Below, in pieces: positions 30,894 through 41,788 of a stretch of DNA of 51,312 bases (position 1 is the stretch's first letter; each line of letters opens with the position of its first letter). The translations under genes were made by a program, and so were the position numbers. Source of the stretch: Streptomycetaceae bacterium (GTDB lineage Bacteria; Actinomycetota; Actinomycetes; Nanopelagicales; Nanopelagicaceae); contig JAIYCF010000061.1 of NCBI GenBank assembly GCA_027488165.1, positions 1-51,312 of the forward strand, given 5' to 3'. The notes beneath the pieces were generated by a model. The model was not told the origin of the DNA. It searched no databases and saw only the letters and a list, made by a program, of their open reading frames with translations.

Positions 30894-31580
30894 TTAGGGG
30901 TGATAGGTCCGCGAACCGAGGATTTCGCTACCTACCCTTATATGTGTCGCACCGTGGGCGATAGCAATTTCGAAGTCTGAACTCATGCCAGCCGATAGTG
31001 ATTTTGCGCTTGGGAATTCGCCGATAAATCGTTGGTGAATTTGCGCGATTTCGGCAAAAGCTAGTTGATGTTCGTACTCAACTGGCGGAACGCACATAAG
31101 GCCGTTGAGTTCGAGCCCTGAACTTGCAGCGACCGCATCTGCTAGCCCGCCCAACTCTTGTTCCAAGACTCCCCCTCTATCGGGTGCGCCATCTAGTGAG
31201 AGTTGAATAAAGACGCCAATTTTTTTGCCAGTTTCGTCGCAGATGCGGTTTAACTTTTCGATATGACTTATCTGATCAAGTGAATGGATCACATTGGCCC
31301 ATGATGCGATCTCACGTAACTTACGGCTCTGTACTTGTCCCTGGTAGTGCCAGATTCCTGGCACCTCTAAGGATTTAACTGAACCTTCTTCAGTTCGATT
31401 CTCGCCAAAATTACTCTGACCCAGATCGCGAAGAATTGCGACATCAGTTACTGGATAAGTTTTCGTGACTGCGATCAAAGTTATCTCGGCAAGATCGCGT
31501 CCGGCTAACTGGGCAGCGCTAGCAATGCGCGACTTCACATCATGCAAGGAATTGCTCAAAAATTCGCGGCGCTCTGTCAT
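30894..31580 (-). CDS. yggS: YggS PLP homeostasis protein
   Basis: LIAVTKT, FGENR, WHYQG, GLMCVPP, LSAGMSSDF, GATHIRVG. Confidence 0.95.
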   Translation of the reverse strand: MTERREFLSNSLHDVKSRIASAAQLAGRDLAEITLIAVTKTYPVTDVAILRDLGQSNFGENRTEEGSVKSLEVPGIWHYQGQVQSRKLREIASWANVIHSLDQISHIEKLNRICDETGKKIGVFIQLSLDGAPDRGGVLEQELGGLADAVAASSGLELNGLMCVPPVEYEHQLAFAEIAQIHQRFIGEFPSAKSLSAGMSSDFEIAIAHGATHIRVGSEILGSRTYHP

Positions 31581-32242
31581 AGCCAGACCAACCCTACTTG
31601 GCGCCCCGTGGCTCCATCTCTCCGATAAGAGTAGAGATCATTGTGTTCCAAGGTGCAGCGACTTTGGTTATCAATCTCTGCAATTCCCAATTTTCGTAGA
31701 TCTGAGATGAGCGCGGTAACGAGATCAAGAGATGGGGTATTTGCTGCTGTATGGCTAGCGCTCTCGGGATGGCTTGCAGTTACTTCGCTAAAGATTTCAG
31801 GTGATACTTCATAGCACTTGCCGCAAATGGCAGGTCCGATAATTGCAGAAATTTGCTCATCAGAAATTTCGCGCATGACATCAATTGCTTTCTCGGCTAC
31901 ACGATTTATCAAACCTTTACGACCAACATGGACTGCCGCTACTGCGCCTTTCGATTGCAGCAAAAGTGGAATGCAATCTGCAACCATCACCGCAAGTGTT
32001 ATTCCCGGGATGCCGGTAACTAAAGCATCCGCAGTCGGATATTCGTCGGTGACTTCTTCAATGATCGCTACGCGATTTCCATGGACTTGGCTCATATATT
32101 GAGTAGGTCCAAACTTTGTGGAAATCAAAGCGCGGTTAGCGGCAACTATTTCAGGGCTATCACCAACGTGGTCACCCAAATTAAGGGATGCGAATTGGTT
32201 TAAACTTGCACCGCCTAGGCGATCGGTGAAGAAGGTTCCCAT
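31577..32242 (-). CDS. pgeF: PgeF/YfiH family (peptidoglycan editing factor / purine nucleoside phosphorylase)
   Basis: SLNLG, QVHG, ADALVT, VADCIP, AVHVG, GPAICGKCYEV, SYRR. Confidence 0.93.
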   Translation of the reverse strand: MGTFFTDRLGGASLNQFASLNLGDHVGDSPEIVAANRALISTKFGPTQYMSQVHGNRVAIIEEVTDEYPTADALVTGIPGITLAVMVADCIPLLLQSKGAVAAVHVGRKGLINRVAEKAIDVMREISDEQISAIIGPAICGKCYEVSPEIFSEVTASHPESASHTAANTPSLDLVTALISDLRKLGIAEIDNQSRCTLEHNDLYSYRRDGATGRQVGLVWL

Positions 32243-32274
32243 GTTTAGCTCACTCGCTTCTGGAGTGGAGCTAG

Positions 32275-33405
32275 TTACTTCATAAAGTCAGGAACGTCGA
32301 TCTCATCTTCAGCAACAAGATCTTCAAAAGTAACGCGCTTGCGTGGTGCGCTGCTATCGAGATCAAGTGCTACTGAAATTGGATCGTTACTTGGAATTGG
32401 ATCTGCGATACCTGAAAGGCTCGCCTTATCAATTACCGGAACGGAAACCTTCTTTGGTTCTCCGCCATCAAAGCCCGCTGCGATAACGGTGATGCGAACT
32501 TCATCGCCCAGAGCGTCATCAATAGTTGTTCCGAAGATTATGCGGGCATTGGGATGTGCTGCTGCCTGAACGAGTTCGCAAGCTTCATTGATTTCAAAGA
32601 GACCTAGATCTGATCCACCAGCAACAGAGAGGAGAACTCCCATCGCACCGTCAATAGATGCTTCAAGTAGTGGACTTGAGATCGCAAGCTCTGCAGCACG
32701 TGATGCGCGATTTTCGCCGCGCGCTGATCCGATTCCCATAAGGGCCGAACCGGCATCTGTCATAACTGTCTTCACATCTGCAAAGTCGAGGTTGATAAGA
32801 CCTGGTTGTGTGATGATTTCGGTAATTCCTTGAACGCCTGAAAGCAGAACTTGATCGGCGCTCTTAAATGCATCGACTGCAGTTATGTTGCGATCTGAAA
32901 TTGCAAGTAAGCGATCATTTGGAATAACAATCAAGGTATCTACTTCTGCACGTAGTAGTTCAATTCCTTCATCTGCCTGCGAAGAACGAATCTTTCCTTC
33001 GAATGAGAATGGACGAGTTACAACACCGATCGTTAACGCACCTAAATCGCGCGCAATCTTTGCAACGATTGGTGCGCCACCTGTACCGGTGCCACCACCT
33101 TCTCCTGCAGTAACGAAGACCATATCTGCGCCACGTAAAATTTCTTCAATATCTTCTGTGTGATCGATCGCTGCTTGACGTCCTTTTTCAGGAGCAGCGC
33201 CTGCACCAAGACCCTTAGTTGATGCGCGACCAATATCTAGTTTCACGTCGGCATCACTCATCAATAAATGTTGTGCATCAGTATTAATTGCAATGAACTC
33301 AACGCCCTTTAAACCAACATCAATCATGCGATTGATTGCATTGACTCCACCGCCACCAATACCAACAACTTTGATGACAGCTAAATAATTCTGTGGTGCA
33401 GCCAC
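32275..33405 (-). CDS. ftsZ: cell division protein FtsZ
   Basis: GTG start ([15 protein letters not shown]) with SD AAAGGGGG, GGGTGTG tubulin motif, NLDFAD, C-terminal DVPDFMK. Confidence 0.98.
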   Translation of the reverse strand: MAAPQNYLAVIKVVGIGGGGVNAINRMIDVGLKGVEFIAINTDAQHLLMSDADVKLDIGRASTKGLGAGAAPEKGRQAAIDHTEDIEEILRGADMVFVTAGEGGGTGTGGAPIVAKIARDLGALTIGVVTRPFSFEGKIRSSQADEGIELLRAEVDTLIVIPNDRLLAISDRNITAVDAFKSADQVLLSGVQGITEIITQPGLINLDFADVKTVMTDAGSALMGIGSARGENRASRAAELAISSPLLEASIDGAMGVLLSVAGGSDLGLFEINEACELVQAAAHPNARIIFGTTIDDALGDEVRITVIAAGFDGGEPKKVSVPVIDKASLSGIADPIPSNDPISVALDLDSSAPRKRVTFEDLVAEDEIDVPDFMK

Positions 33406-33423
33406 AATATCCCCCTTTAGAAC

Positions 33424-33448
33424 TGTAAACCTCAACTTGAGAATTACA
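33424..33448. promoter_or_regulatory. 25-bp imperfect palindrome in the ftsZ leader (candidate regulator site)
   Basis: TGTAA-ac-CTCAA-c-TTGAG-aa-TTACA. Confidence 0.65.
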
Positions 33449-33471
33449 TTTCTACTCTCTGTAATAAGGGC

Positions 33472-33500
33472 AACGTAAGGCGTTAAGCAAGCGAAAGCAA
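33472..33500 (-). promoter_or_regulatory. SigA-type ftsZ promoter
   Basis: Minus strand TTGCTT-17 nt-TACGTT in the ftsQ-ftsZ spacer. Confidence 0.55.
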
Positions 33501-33586
33501 AGACCGACTCAAAGAATTTTTTAATTGTTTAGAGATAGTAAATCGAGTAAATATCTAAAAGAGTTTGAAGTTTTATTCTCTTAAAT

Positions 33587-34279
33587 TCATTTAACTATCG
33601 GGGCATGGGGCGCACTGACATCGATCATCCTTAAATTCTGATTCTCTTCTCGCTTTAGAAGCGCTTCGATTACCTGAACTTTCAGATCTGTATCCTCGCC
33701 ATCTCCCCAAATAATTCGCAGATCTTGACCTTGAAACTTGCCGTAAATCAAGAAGTTATTGGTTCGGGCAGCGCTCATACGATCGATATTTTTGCTGAAG
33801 CTTTCAGGGAGTGCGGTAAAGACTTTGATCGCCGCTAAACCACCATCAACTGATTTTGCACTTACCTTTGGAAGTCCATCTGCAATATCGGCTGGAGTTG
33901 CGAAGGTCTTTCCTGAAGAGTCAAGTACTACTTGAGGTTTACCCGGTTCGCTATAAAGAGCGATTGGCGTTCTTGTTGTTATAGAAATTGAAACCTTTCC
34001 AGAGATCCAATTTCTAGATACCTGCGAACTTTCAACCCAATCAAATGAGCGAAGGCGATTAGAGAGAGCCCGCGGATCGACTCTGGCCAACTTATCCCCT
34101 TGCGCAATATCTAAGGAGCGAGAGATCGCTAACTGGCTCTCTTTAGTTGGTGCACCTGTGATCTCAACGCTTCTGACTGAAAGAAGTGGAGACCAACCTA
34201 AAAGATAAGAACCCGCGCCAAAGATCAGAATAAAAGCGACGATAGCGCGCGCTGTTTTTGAATTAACCTTCATTTTCAT
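33587..34279 (-). CDS. ftsQ: cell division protein FtsQ/DivIB
   Basis: Single TM helix, POTRA-like region (VRSVEITG...RVD...VSRNW), C-terminal IDVSAP; lies between murC and ftsZ. Confidence 0.85.
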   Translation of the reverse strand: MKMKVNSKTARAIVAFILIFGAGSYLLGWSPLLSVRSVEITGAPTKESQLAISRSLDIAQGDKLARVDPRALSNRLRSFDWVESSQVSRNWISGKVSISITTRTPIALYSEPGKPQVVLDSSGKTFATPADIADGLPKVSAKSVDGGLAAIKVFTALPESFSKNIDRMSAARTNNFLIYGKFQGQDLRIIWGDGEDTDLKVQVIEALLKREENQNLRMIDVSAPHAPIVK

Positions 34280-34291
34280 CTTCGCAATGCT

Positions 34292-35695
34292 TTAGGCCGG
34301 TGAATTAAAGCGGCGAGATAACCCGTCACAGATAATAGGTGCCAGAGAATTAACGTCTCCTGCGCCAAGTGTCAGGATGACATCCCCTGGTTTTGCGTTA
34401 TCGATAATCCAATCAGATGCCTCGATAAAGTTTGGAATAAACCGGCCTCGCTGCATTGCCTTAGCAATCTGTTCAGCACTTACCCCTGGAATTGGTTTTT
34501 CGGATGCGGCATATATCTCAAGGAGTATTACTTCATCGGCGATATCTAAAGCAGTAGAAAACTCTGTCATAAAGGCTTGGGTGCGTGAATAACGGTGCGG
34601 TTGAAATATCGCAAGAACTCTTCCGTCGCCGGCATAGCGTTTTGCCGCATTTAGAGTCACGGTAATTTCAGTCGGGTGGTGTCCATAATCATCAATTACC
34701 CGAATTCCATGAACTGTTCCCTTTAATTCAAAGCGACGACCTGCGCCATGGAAACTTGCTAAACCTGCAAGTAGTTCGGCAGCTGGCGCGCCTAGCGATA
34801 AGCCCATCGCAAGCGCTGCGCCGGCATTTAAAACGTTGTGTAAACCAGGAACCTGTAGGGAGAGAGTTCCGATTAGTCGCCCTTTCCATAGCGCCCTCGC
34901 AGTTGATCCCATCGCTAATAGATTGATTGAATCGATGTACAGGTCGCTTCCCTCGGTAGTTCCATATGAAATAACCGTTAAATCTGAGCGTAGTTTCGAC
35001 CCGCTCCCCAAGGCGGCCGATCCCGCATCATCTGCGCAATAAACCAGAATTCCATCTTGGCTAATTGTCGCAGCGAAAGAATTGAAGGCGTTGGTTACAT
35101 CTTCTGGCTTAGCGAAAAAGTCCACGTGATCATGTTCAATATTTGTAACTATCGCAGCGTTGGGGTGATATTCAACAAAGGATCCATCAGATTCATCGGC
35201 TTCTGCTACAAAGAGATCTCCTGTGCCTTTGTGCGCATTCGATCCAGATGAAGTAAGTGTGCCGCCAATTGCAAATGAAGGATCTAATCCACATGATTGC
35301 AGAGCAACAGTTAGCATCGATGAGGTTGTGGTCTTGCCATGTGTTCCGGCTACAGCGATGCTGCGATCTTGCGACATTAAAGTAGCTAACGCCTGCGCGC
35401 GTGTGAGCAAAGGAATTTGCAGCTCTTTGGCGCGAGTTAACTCAACGTTGCTGGCGCCTATAGCAGTTGAGTAAACAATGAAATCAGCGTCACCTACTTG
35501 GTCCGCTTTATGTTCTGGCCAAACTTGCGCGCCAAGTGCTTGCAATGCGCTCAAGACTGTTGAATCTTTAGCATCAGAACCGCTGACGGTGATTCCATGT
35601 GAAAGTGCGATGCGCGCTAGTCCGCTCATTCCGGCGCCACCAATTCCTATGAAGTGGAGACGTTTACCTGACCACTGAGAAAGATCTTTGGCCAT
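34292..35695 (-). CDS. murC: UDP-N-acetylmuramate--L-alanine ligase
   Basis: HFIGIGGAGMSG, GTHGKTTT, EADESD, DDYGHHPTE, FQPHRYSRT. Confidence 0.97.
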   Translation of the reverse strand: MAKDLSQWSGKRLHFIGIGGAGMSGLARIALSHGITVSGSDAKDSTVLSALQALGAQVWPEHKADQVGDADFIVYSTAIGASNVELTRAKELQIPLLTRAQALATLMSQDRSIAVAGTHGKTTTSSMLTVALQSCGLDPSFAIGGTLTSSGSNAHKGTGDLFVAEADESDGSFVEYHPNAAIVTNIEHDHVDFFAKPEDVTNAFNSFAATISQDGILVYCADDAGSAALGSGSKLRSDLTVISYGTTEGSDLYIDSINLLAMGSTARALWKGRLIGTLSLQVPGLHNVLNAGAALAMGLSLGAPAAELLAGLASFHGAGRRFELKGTVHGIRVIDDYGHHPTEITVTLNAAKRYAGDGRVLAIFQPHRYSRTQAFMTEFSTALDIADEVILLEIYAASEKPIPGVSAEQIAKAMQRGRFIPNFIEASDWIIDNAKPGDVILTLGAGDVNSLAPIICDGLSRRFNSPA

Positions 35696-36777
35696 TACTT
35701 AGCCTTCGCTTTCAAAGCTTCTTCCATCAAAGCCACGATCTTTTCGCTGGCGAGCAAATCAGATGAATTTCCTGCAGCGCTTGCTCTCTCGCTATTTCTG
35801 AGTAACCGATCTAAATGCTTTTCGATCCATTGCGGAGTGAATTCATTTTGATCAAGAATTTCGCCACGTGATTGTTCGGTTACTAATCGCGCATTAACTT
35901 TCTGTTCGCCATTTCCAATCGGAAGTGGAATAAAAAGTGCATACTTGCCGAGCGCATTTACCTCGGAGCAGGTGACTGCGCCGCTGCGTGCGATTATCAA
36001 ATCAGCGGCTAGGTATAAGCCAGCCATATCATCGATATATGAGACCGGCTTGTAACTTGGCGCGGCTTTAGGAAGTTGATTTGATTTACCAACTGCGTGC
36101 ACTAATTGTGCGCCAGCTTTTTTAAATATTGGCAGAGACTCCGCTATTACTTGATTTAACTTAACTGAGCCCTGGGAGCCAAAGAAAATTGCGATAACTG
36201 GTTCGCTAGCGTTGATGCCTAGCGCCCCTTTTGCCTTAGTGCGTGCAGATTGCCAATCGTTGCCACTCTTTTGCAGGGCGCCGGCTACGTCAGCGCGCAG
36301 AGGTAATCCCGTTATCAGCGCCTTACTCAACTTTCCAGATCTAACCGGCTGAGCAACTGCGAGATAGTTTGTGAATAGCGCACCGAGACGATTTGCTAAA
36401 CCGGGCTTGGCATTGGCTTCATGTATAACGATTGGAATAGATAAGGAGCGAGCTGCCAAATAAGCAGGTCCAGAAACATATCCCCCAAAACCAATTAAGA
36501 GATCGGCGCCTTTAAGTCCGGCGCGGGCTTCGAGAAATGCTTGAGTTAAGGTCGTGGGTGCAACAAAGAGTGAGAGCGTGATCTTGCGAGGAATAACGAC
36601 TTTAGAGATATGCGAGAGATTAAATCCAGCGGCAGGGACAAGTTGGTTTTCAAGTCCTGATTTAGTTCCTAGAAATTCAATTTGATCATTCGGATGGCTA
36701 GCGCGCCAAGTGCGAGCCACCGCTAGCGCAGGTTCAACATGGCCAGCTGTTCCACCGCCTGCAAAAACGATCTTCAT
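35695..36777 (-). CDS. murG: lipid II N-acetylglucosaminyltransferase
   Basis: AGGGTAGH, GFGGYVS, HEAN, GSQG, RSGA, EQ..NA. Confidence 0.96.
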   Translation of the reverse strand: MKIVFAGGGTAGHVEPALAVARTWRASHPNDQIEFLGTKSGLENQLVPAAGFNLSHISKVVIPRKITLSLFVAPTTLTQAFLEARAGLKGADLLIGFGGYVSGPAYLAARSLSIPIVIHEANAKPGLANRLGALFTNYLAVAQPVRSGKLSKALITGLPLRADVAGALQKSGNDWQSARTKAKGALGINASEPVIAIFFGSQGSVKLNQVIAESLPIFKKAGAQLVHAVGKSNQLPKAAPSYKPVSYIDDMAGLYLAADLIIARSGAVTCSEVNALGKYALFIPLPIGNGEQKVNARLVTEQSRGEILDQNEFTPQWIEKHLDRLLRNSERASAAGNSSDLLASEKIVALMEEALKAKAK

Positions 36778-37949
36778 GATGTGCGTAATCTACGCCGTTC
36801 TATCGCCTTCTGGAGTTCATTAGATACTTCTGGGTCGCGAAGTGCGCTGCCAAATATGTAACCCAGTCCGATATAGAGAGAAATTAACGCTGAGCCTCCA
36901 TAAGAAACAAAGGGAAGAGTTACGCCAACAACTGGGAGCACACTTGTAGCTGAACCAATATTTAGAACAGTCTGTACCGCGATCCAGCAGCCGATTCCAG
37001 AGCCAACATATCGAGACATCGGATCCTTACAACGAAGCGCGATTTTAAATATTGAAAATATCAGCGCTGCAAGTAAAGCCAGAACTGCGAGCGTGCCCAG
37101 TAATCCGAGTTCTTCACCAATTACCGCAAAGATAAAGTCGGTATGTGCTTCGGCCAGGTTGCCCCATTTTTGGCGACTACCTCCTAAGCCAACACCAAAA
37201 ATTCCACCCGATGCTAATCCGAGCAAACTATGTGCTGGTTGCCAACCTGCGTTTTTATATTGATCTGCTGCGAATGGATCAAGTACTACAAGAAATCTAG
37301 CTGCGCGATAACCAGCGGTTGCAATCAGCGCTGCCAGGACTACTGCTCCAGCCGCAACCAGTGAGCCGAGTAAGCGAAGTTCCACACCTGATACAAAGAG
37401 CAGTCCGCCAAGTATCGCTGCAACGACGCATGCCGTACCAAGGTCGCGACCCAACAAGATCATAAATATGACGACCATAAACCCTGGCGCGATTAGGGCG
37501 AATACGTTGATCCGCGTCTTTCCATTCTTCTCTTGATTTGCCAACAAATAACTAGCCCAGAGAATTATGAGGAACTTAGCAATCTCACTTGGCTGCACAT
37601 CAACAAATGGCAGTGCGATCCAGTTGGTGTTTCCATTAACTGTCTTACCGACGCCCGGAATCTGTAGTACAGCAAGAATTGCAACTGAAATAAGTAAGCC
37701 AAATCTTGCTAATAGTCGCCACTGGGCTAGCGATCGTTGTGAGAGAAAGATTGCCAAAGGAATAGATAGCGCAAAGAAGAAGCCTTGCCGCAGAACGATC
37801 GCAACTGCATTGCCGCGAGTATCTAGTGAGTGGATTGAGGAGGCGGAGAAGACCATCACTAAACCAATTACCGAGAGCGCTAGCGCACTGCCAATCAAGA
37901 TATAGAAATTGTTTACTGGCTTTGCAAAGAACTTGGCCGGGGCGCTCAT
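36774..37949 (-). CDS. ftsW: SEDS peptidoglycan glycosyltransferase FtsW
   Basis: MVFSAS, QPSEIAK, DLGT, EAHTDFIFAVIGEELG, GVTLPFVSYGGS. Confidence 0.95.
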   Translation of the reverse strand: MSAPAKFFAKPVNNFYILIGSALALSVIGLVMVFSASSIHSLDTRGNAVAIVLRQGFFFALSIPLAIFLSQRSLAQWRLLARFGLLISVAILAVLQIPGVGKTVNGNTNWIALPFVDVQPSEIAKFLIILWASYLLANQEKNGKTRINVFALIAPGFMVVIFMILLGRDLGTACVVAAILGGLLFVSGVELRLLGSLVAAGAVVLAALIATAGYRAARFLVVLDPFAADQYKNAGWQPAHSLLGLASGGIFGVGLGGSRQKWGNLAEAHTDFIFAVIGEELGLLGTLAVLALLAALIFSIFKIALRCKDPMSRYVGSGIGCWIAVQTVLNIGSATSVLPVVGVTLPFVSYGGSALISLYIGLGYIFGSALRDPEVSNELQKAIERRRLRTS

Positions 37950-39331
37950 TGGACTACTTTCTTAACCGCTGCTGCAAACCTATCTCCGCGATCGGAGTAG
38001 GAGATGAACTGATCCATTGATGCGCAAGCAGGGGCGAGTAAAACTCGGTCCCCTTCTTTAGCTCGTTCAGCGGCAGCCTTAACGACAGCCTCCATCAGTG
38101 AATTATCTGTTCCGCCTCGCTGATATGTACTTGGCGCATCGACATATACGATTTCAATTTCTGGTGCTTGCGAACGCAGTTCATCAGCAATTAGCTCGCG
38201 ATCGGTACCAATAAGAATTGCCACTTTAATTCGTGATTTGCATTTAGCGATAAGTTCGCGCATCTCAGAACCCTTAGCTAAACCGCCTGCGATCCAGATT
38301 GAAGATAGCGAAGAGTTAAGCGATGCAGCAGTCGCGTGTGGGTTTGTCGCCTTTGAATCATTTACCCAAGAGACTCCATTTATACTCGCTACCTCTTCGA
38401 TGCGATGTCTACCTAGTGAAAAATTTTGAAGTGCAGTGCGAACTGCTTCAGGCGCTACTCCTAAGGCACGAACCAACCCAGCGGCCGCTAAAGCATTGGC
38501 CACGTTATGCGGAACCGTCGGCTTAACATCAACAATCTCGGCAAGCATCGCAGCTTCCTGCGGATCGCTAACGAAAGCGCGATCTACCAATAGATCTTCA
38601 ACGATTCCCATCTCACCTGGTGCGGGGGTATCGAGCGAGAAGAAGACTTTGCGCCCTTGCCAATGCGCTGCTTGATTTACAACTTCGAGATCAGCCGAGT
38701 TAAAGATTCCGGTAGACGTGCGATCTAGAATTGAACCTTTAACGCGCGCGTACTCAGCGAAACTGCCGTGCCAATCAAGATGATCCTCAGCGATATTTAA
38801 AATTGCTGCTGCCACAAAACTTGCTTCCTTTAACCAGTGAAGCTGGAAAGATGAGAGTTCAAGTACGAGTACTTCGTATTTCTCGCTGCTCTCTACGCTT
38901 TCAATCACCGTGGTGCCGACATTTCCGCAAGCGATCGCAGAAACACCACCTGCCCGTAGCATCGCAGCTGCCATTTCGACCGTTGTTGTCTTTCCGTTAG
39001 TTCCAGTTAAGGCAATCCACTTTTGTCCCGGAACTAGTTCTGCCCGAAAAGACCACGCCAAATCAATCTCATTTAATAGACGGATCCCGGCTGCTTGCGC
39101 TTTAACAATTAACGGATGGGTCTCTTTCCAACCTGGAGAAATGACTAGAAAAGAGAAATTCTCAACTGATATTTGATCTGTTTTGGAAACGGAAAAGCCA
39201 TCAACTGATTCAACTTGATCATCCGCAAAGAGAATTGATCCGCCTTTAGCGTTGAGTGATCTGGCAACAGCTATTCCAGTTACTCCAGCGCCGAGGATTA
39301 AAACCTTTTCTCCAGATAAGTTAAGAGCCAT
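37946..39331 (-). CDS. murD: UDP-MurNAc-L-Ala--D-Glu ligase
   Basis: SPG, TGTNGKTTT, ELSSFQL, EDHLDWH, NDSKATN, LLAPACASMDQF. Confidence 0.96.
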   Translation of the reverse strand: MALNLSGEKVLILGAGVTGIAVARSLNAKGGSILFADDQVESVDGFSVSKTDQISVENFSFLVISPGWKETHPLIVKAQAAGIRLLNEIDLAWSFRAELVPGQKWIALTGTNGKTTTVEMAAAMLRAGGVSAIACGNVGTTVIESVESSEKYEVLVLELSSFQLHWLKEASFVAAAILNIAEDHLDWHGSFAEYARVKGSILDRTSTGIFNSADLEVVNQAAHWQGRKVFFSLDTPAPGEMGIVEDLLVDRAFVSDPQEAAMLAEIVDVKPTVPHNVANALAAAGLVRALGVAPEAVRTALQNFSLGRHRIEEVASINGVSWVNDSKATNPHATAASLNSSLSSIWIAGGLAKGSEMRELIAKCKSRIKVAILIGTDRELIADELRSQAPEIEIVYVDAPSTYQRGGTDNSLMEAVVKAAAERAKEGDRVLLAPACASMDQFISYSDRGDRFAAAVKKVVQ

Positions 39332-39343
39332 TTCTGTTCAGCC

Positions 39344-40402
39344 TTATGCCGTAACCCATTGCGCATAGAAGAGCCCCAAGCCAGCAGCAACGCATAGACC
39401 CGCGATGATCCAGAAGCGAAGCACAATTGTTACTTCGCCCCAACCCATTAACTCAAAGTGATGTTGCAGTGGAGCCATCTTAAAGATGCGCTTTCCACCT
39501 GTGATTTTAAAGTAAGCAACTTGCAGAATTACGGATGCGCTAATAATTACAAACAAGCCACCAAGCGGGATTAACAGCAATTCAATTCGCAGGGTTGTAG
39601 CGATTCCAGCCAAGGCGCCACCAAGAGCCAGCGAACCGGTATCTCCCATAAATATCTTTGCGGGTGAAGCATTCCACCAGAGAAAACCGGCACATGCCCC
39701 AGCCATTGCTGCAGATAAGACCGCAATATCTAGTGGATCTCGGACTAAATAACAGTTGGCTCCAGGTGAGACAGCGCAGCTCTGACCAAATTCCCAAACT
39801 CCGATCAAGATAAATGCGATGAAAGTCATTACCGCGGCGCCGGTAGCTAAACCATCTAAACCATCTGTGAGATTAACGCCGTTACTTGTTGCTGTAACCA
39901 TGATTACCACCCAGATAACGACCAAGGTAGTTCCTAAGGTAATTGAAGTATCGCGAACGGTAGATAAATTCTGCGAAATTGGAGTTAACCCATCGCGATC
40001 CGGAAAAAGAGTTCCTAGATACGCAAAGGTTGCAGCAACGACAATCTGTCCAAAAATCTTCTGCTTTGCATTTAAGCCAAGTGACTTCTGGCGAGAGACT
40101 TTTAACCAATCATCTAGGAAACCAACAAATCCGAGACCAAACATCAGACCTAGGACTAAGAGCGCCGATGTAGTAACTGCATTTCGGGAAATTGCGTGAG
40201 CAATAAAATATCCGAGGGCAGATGCGAAGATAATGATGATGCCGCCCATAGTTGGCGTCCCGCGCTTGGTGTGGTGTGAAGAAGGGCCGTCATCTCGAAT
40301 AATTTGACCGTATCCGCGGCGCGCAAGTATGCGAATTAATCCGGGAGTTCCGAAGAGAGATAAAAATAAAGCGATCGAACCAGCGATCAGAATTTCTCTC
40401 AT
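39344..40402 (-). CDS. mraY: phospho-N-acetylmuramoyl-pentapeptide transferase
   Basis: [43 protein letters not shown]. Confidence 0.97.
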   Translation of the reverse strand: MREILIAGSIALFLSLFGTPGLIRILARRGYGQIIRDDGPSSHHTKRGTPTMGGIIIIFASALGYFIAHAISRNAVTTSALLVLGLMFGLGFVGFLDDWLKVSRQKSLGLNAKQKIFGQIVVAATFAYLGTLFPDRDGLTPISQNLSTVRDTSITLGTTLVVIWVVIMVTATSNGVNLTDGLDGLATGAAVMTFIAFILIGVWEFGQSCAVSPGANCYLVRDPLDIAVLSAAMAGACAGFLWWNASPAKIFMGDTGSLALGGALAGIATTLRIELLLIPLGGLFVIISASVILQVAYFKITGGKRIFKMAPLQHHFELMGWGEVTIVLRFWIIAGLCVAAGLGLFYAQWVTA

Positions 40403-41788
40403 CTAACTCTCTCCCCCGACTTCACGACAATTCCAATTTCTAGAAATTAGTTCTGCTAGTTCCTCAAACTTTTCAGCTCTAGATGCTTTTACTAGAACTA
40501 CATCTCCCTGACTCATCTGATTTACTAAATCCGCTGCCAACTCCTTAGAGTCAAATAAATGCACCGTCATGGCGCCAGAGCCGCTTATCTGAGCGGCATA
40601 CTCTGGGGCACCGACGCAGACGAGATGATCAATTCCTAACTCTGAGGCAAGGGTGCCAAGTCGTGAATGGTGTTGCAGTGATGACGCGCCGAGTTCATGC
40701 ATCTTTCCCAAGAAAGCCCATGATTGGCCGCCACGTTCTTGGGCAAAGAGCACCAAAGTACGTAGCGCTGCCTCGGCCGACTCAGGACTTGAATTGTAAG
40801 AATCATTAATCAGTACTAAGCCATCTAACTCTGAGATCTCCATTCGCCACTTGCTATTTAGTTCGGCGGTAGAAAGAGCGCTAGCAATTAGATCGACTGA
40901 AATGTTTAAGTTAGTTGCTATCGCAGCCGCGGCAAGTGCGTTCGCTACCTGATGGATTCCAATAATTCTTAAGGCAACCGAAGCGCGACCTGCTGGAGTT
41001 ACTAAATCAAAATGCGGGCGGCCTTCGCGAATTTCAATATCAGTGGCGCGCACATCAGAGCTAGTTGTCTCCCCAAATGTCACTGTTGTTCCATTGTGCA
41101 AGGAAGCCATGGCAGGTGTGTACTTATCGTATTGACCGAGCACGGATATAGCGGAATCTTGTAGTGACGAGATCATTTCAGATTTAGCTTTGGCAACCAA
41201 TTCTTCAGAACCAAATTCGCCAACGTGTGCGGTGCCAACTCGGAGAACGACTCCGATATCTGGTGTAGCCATCTTGCACAACTTTGCGATGTCGCCAACG
41301 TGGCGCGCTCCCATCTCCAAAATGCAGAACCTGGTCTTCTCATCACATTGCAATAAGGTAATTGGAGCACCTAGTTCGTTATTAAAGTTTCCGGCCGGGG
41401 CTACGGTAGGTGCGACGGTCTCCAAGATCTGACGGAGTAAATCTTTCGTTGTCGTCTTTCCTTGCGAACCGGTTAGCGCAACAACTTTAAGTTCAGGTAG
41501 AGCCAGGCGAACGTGAGATGCCAGAGAGTTAAGCGCAGTAAGAACATCCTTTACAACTATGCAGCGTTCGGGAACTTCTCTTGTGACAAGAGCGATGACC
41601 GCTCCGTGGGCAAAGGCATCTGAAACAAAGTTATGGCCATCGGTTTTTTCACCAAGTAGAGCGAGAAAGATTGACCCGTTAGTTGCTTGGCTAGAGTTAA
41701 AGGCTGGCGCTGCGGTAACGGTGATATCACTGCCGATTAGTTCTCCACCAACGATCTTGGCAATCTCGGATGCCTGTAATGCAATCAT
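40403..41788 (-). CDS. murF: UDP-MurNAc-tripeptide--D-Ala-D-Ala ligase
   Basis: TGSQGKTTTKD, NFNNELG, LEMGA, NDSYNSSP, MHELG, VKASR. Confidence 0.96.
   Translation of the reverse strand: MIALQASEIAKIVGGELIGSDITVTAAPAFNSSQATNGSIFLALLGEKTDGHNFVSDAFAHGAVIALVTREVPERCIVVKDVLTALNSLASHVRLALPELKVVALTGSQGKTTTKDLLRQILETVAPTVAPAGNFNNELGAPITLLQCDEKTRFCILEMGARHVGDIAKLCKMATPDIGVVLRVGTAHVGEFGSEELVAKAKSEMISSLQDSAISVLGQYDKYTPAMASLHNGTTVTFGETTSSDVRATDIEIREGRPHFDLVTPAGRASVALRIIGIHQVANALAAAAIATNLNISVDLIASALSTAELNSKWRMEISELDGLVLINDSYNSSPESAEAALRTLVLFAQERGGQSWAFLGKMHELGASSLQHHSRLGTLASELGIDHLVCVGAPEYAAQISGSGAMTVHLFDSKELAADLVNQMSQGDVVLVKASRAEKFEELAELISRNWNCREVGGES

Noticed and set aside
32246-32273. Hairpin TAGCT-CACTC...GAGTG-G-AGCTA after ftsZ
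   Set aside because: There is no U tract and pgeF starts immediately after. It may stabilise ftsZ mRNA but is too weak to call a terminator.
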